Shown here: positions 48,801 to 51,050 of the stretch, one piece after another | Layout: each line of letters begins with the position of its first letter | Position numbering within the stretch: position 1 is the stretch's first letter | Origin: Octopus sinensis | Taxonomy: Eukaryota | Length of the DNA: 51,050 nucleotides | Direction: 5' to 3' | NCBI RefSeq assembly: GCF_006345805.1 | Contig: NW_021834244.1 | Coordinates: forward strand, 1 to 51,050 | Notes under the pieces: generated by a model | Database searches by the model: none | Told to the model about the DNA's origin: nothing | What the model saw: only the letters and a program-made list of their open reading frames with translations | Translations under genes and position numbers: made by a program

Positions 48801-51050
48801 AAGTAAATTGGTCCGTTCGTTATAACAGAAATAAGTTGTGTAACAGATTATCAAGTTGGTGGTCTAATAGATTCACCAATTAATTGGTGGGTTCTTTACT
48901 AGCTCGTCTGCTTGGTTGCAAATTTGATGCTTAAATAGTCGATAACATTTTGGCAGATTGTTCTCTTGGTTACTAAGTAAATTGGCTGGTTGGTTCGTTG
49001 ATTGGTAAATTGGCTGATTTGGATAGTTGTGAGTGTTTACTAAAATATTATTCAAATTACTAATGTTGTTTAATCTCAGCTCAGTACTAACCCCGTAAAC
49101 TTATGTCCAAAGGCATTTCAAACGTGACATACACGCCTTTATCCAATACATGGAACACATTGTTATCCATCTGTATTTAAGTTTGTGTTCATTGACTTTG
49201 AAAGAAAATTGGCAGGAAATTTTAGCAGATTCCACGATTGTATAGCGGCTCCGGTAACGGCTCATATTGGCATTCCATACATTTTTGTTGTGGATCTCTG
49301 AAGAGACTGCAGCATAATCCATTGATTGATACTGAGAGCTTGCATAAAACAGGTGAATACGAAAAACAAAAAAAAAGAGCTTATCCATCCACCATTAAAA
49401 TCTTATAAAAAAAAAGCAAAATAAATGAGATTAAAAAGATGAAAATGGAAAGTGTTTATAATTAAACATTATTTATTAAGAACAAAAAGAAACATAGATA
49501 GGTGTTTCAATAACGAGCGACATATGAAGATTTATAAATATAAAGCTAATCAAATTAAGAAGCAACAGAAGTTCGCAGTTTGAAGCTCATAGTTATAGAG
49601 TGAAATTAGAACGCTTTAGACAGTCTTTCGTCGGATACTAGACAAACGCTCCGTGAAAAGTGACGAAGAGAGAAGGTAACTAAGAAAGACTCACGCGGGT
49701 TAAGAACTAACTAGAAGCTTACAACATACCATCTTGTCACATTGTACAACAAACAATAATCCCATTCATAATTTCAAAAAAAAAAAACTTATTGGTATAT
49801 TTTTTTATAAACATTGTTGCAGTGTAAATCTTGATTTATTTTGCAAGAGTCAAGGAGTACAATTTGGTTTGTACATATCAGAATTTGTAAGCAAACTGCT
49901 ATAGAATTTTAGCAAGATGAGAACTTTCAATGACCAACGAGGTAGATGACTGTGCCAGCAGAATACATTTAGGAACAATCAGCGTTCTCTTCATCATATA
50001 CGCAGGAATCACATTCGGTTAAAATGGCTTATTGGTGTGTTTTGTTTCTCTTTTTTCCCCTGATGAGATAATTACATTGTTTTTCATCGGTTTATTCCCT
50101 CAGGAATACTACCAATGTTTTCTTCGAAACATATGTCGGAAGTATAAAGAATTGAATAACACCTGCATTTAACTCCATTTCTTTTATACGCACACACACA
50201 TACGTACGTGTATACATATGTACGTATGCATGCATCCGTATGTACGTATGCATGCATACATGCATATATGTATGCATGCATGTTTGTATGTATGCATGTA
50301 TGTATGTATACATCTATGTATATGTATAGATAAATATGTAGGCTACACTTCCTTCTGGTGAAGGACTGACGTTTGAAACGTTAAGATACATTCCCTTTCC
50401 ATTAATGCATTACGCTAAAACCATAGAAGTGTAGGCTTTGTTTCACCTATACGTTTATATGTATGTACATATGTATACGTATGTATGTATACATGTATGT
50501 ATGAGTATATAATTTATATATACATGCATTTACGTATGCATGTATATTCATATGTATATAGATGTATAAAAGAATATATATGTATGCATATATGTCTATG
50601 TATATATGTATATATTATATATATATCTTCCATATAGCAGCATTAAGAAGTGTCGATAGAGAAAAGATAACATAAGAATACTAAAGTATACCAGATCTTT
50701 TGGTCTCTCACCGCACAATGCGACCACACACTGGGCATGCTGGTTCGTGAATGGCGGGAGATTACTGGGAGATTAAGGTAGACTGATCAAATGTTATTAT
50801 CAAAGTAGTTCAAGATATAAAAAAAGATATCGGTTAATCTTGGTATCTTACACATCTACATACACACATGCATATATATATATGTATATATATATATATG
50901 TATATACCTATATACGTATACTACGTATATGTATATGTACGTATATGCATACACACATATACATATAAGTATATATATATATATAATATATATATAATAC
51001 ATACAACATTTTTTATACGTGTTATGTGTGTGGATGTATGGATATGTATA

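Larger units (their letters stand above)
11984..51050 (+). other. Intron 1 of the nAChR gene (at least 39 kb; runs past the window end)
   Basis: Donor seen at 11984. No DEKNQ.MTTN.W or W.D..L.W coding segment was found by eye downstream on the + strand. A very short or divergent exon could have been missed. Confidence 0.7.

Noticed and set aside
49101-49388. 95-aa minus-strand ORF with SCQFSFK, suggestive of a Cys-loop
   Set aside because: Wrong strand for the gene, no C-x13-C or FPFD motif, and no support in other frames.
49608-49636. Weak minus-strand hammerhead-like string CCGACGA-A-AGAC-T-GTCT-AAAGC-GTT
   Set aside because: Several core changes and an impossible 1-nt loop; not distinguishable from chance.
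50080-50170. Polypyrimidine plus CAG at 50101-50103 as the acceptor for nAChR exon 2
   Set aside because: The phase-0 translation (EYYQCFLRNICRKY...) has no similarity to DEKNQIMTTNVW.

Overview
AT-rich, microsatellite-saturated animal genomic DNA. The SINE families and composition look like an octopus (coleoid cephalopod) genome; this is pattern recognition, not a database result. One credible protein-coding segment is present: the first coding exon (11774-11983, +) of a nicotinic acetylcholine receptor subunit (signal peptide through ...RLSQLLDV), ending at a phase-0 GT donor in the position conserved in nAChR genes. I found no downstream exon, so about 39 kb appears to be one intron. The rest is transposon debris: about 25 tRNA-derived SINE copies from three families, RTE and R4/Dong-like LINE 3' ends, a fossil pogo transposase, a hAT element with an exact 8-bp TSD that carries a nested Dong-like fragment, a piggyBac-like MITE and two long fold-back elements. 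The most unexpected signal is a recurring set of type-I hammerhead-ribozyme-like motifs inside the intron. One has an intact core and a branched helix II, sense to the gene (20786-20930). A decayed tandem array with a period of about 114 bp carries one motif per unit (38385-39100, - strand), and several solo decayed copies lie elsewhere. Nearly all long ORFs in the supplied track are artefacts of simple repeats. All alignments and folds were done by eye.
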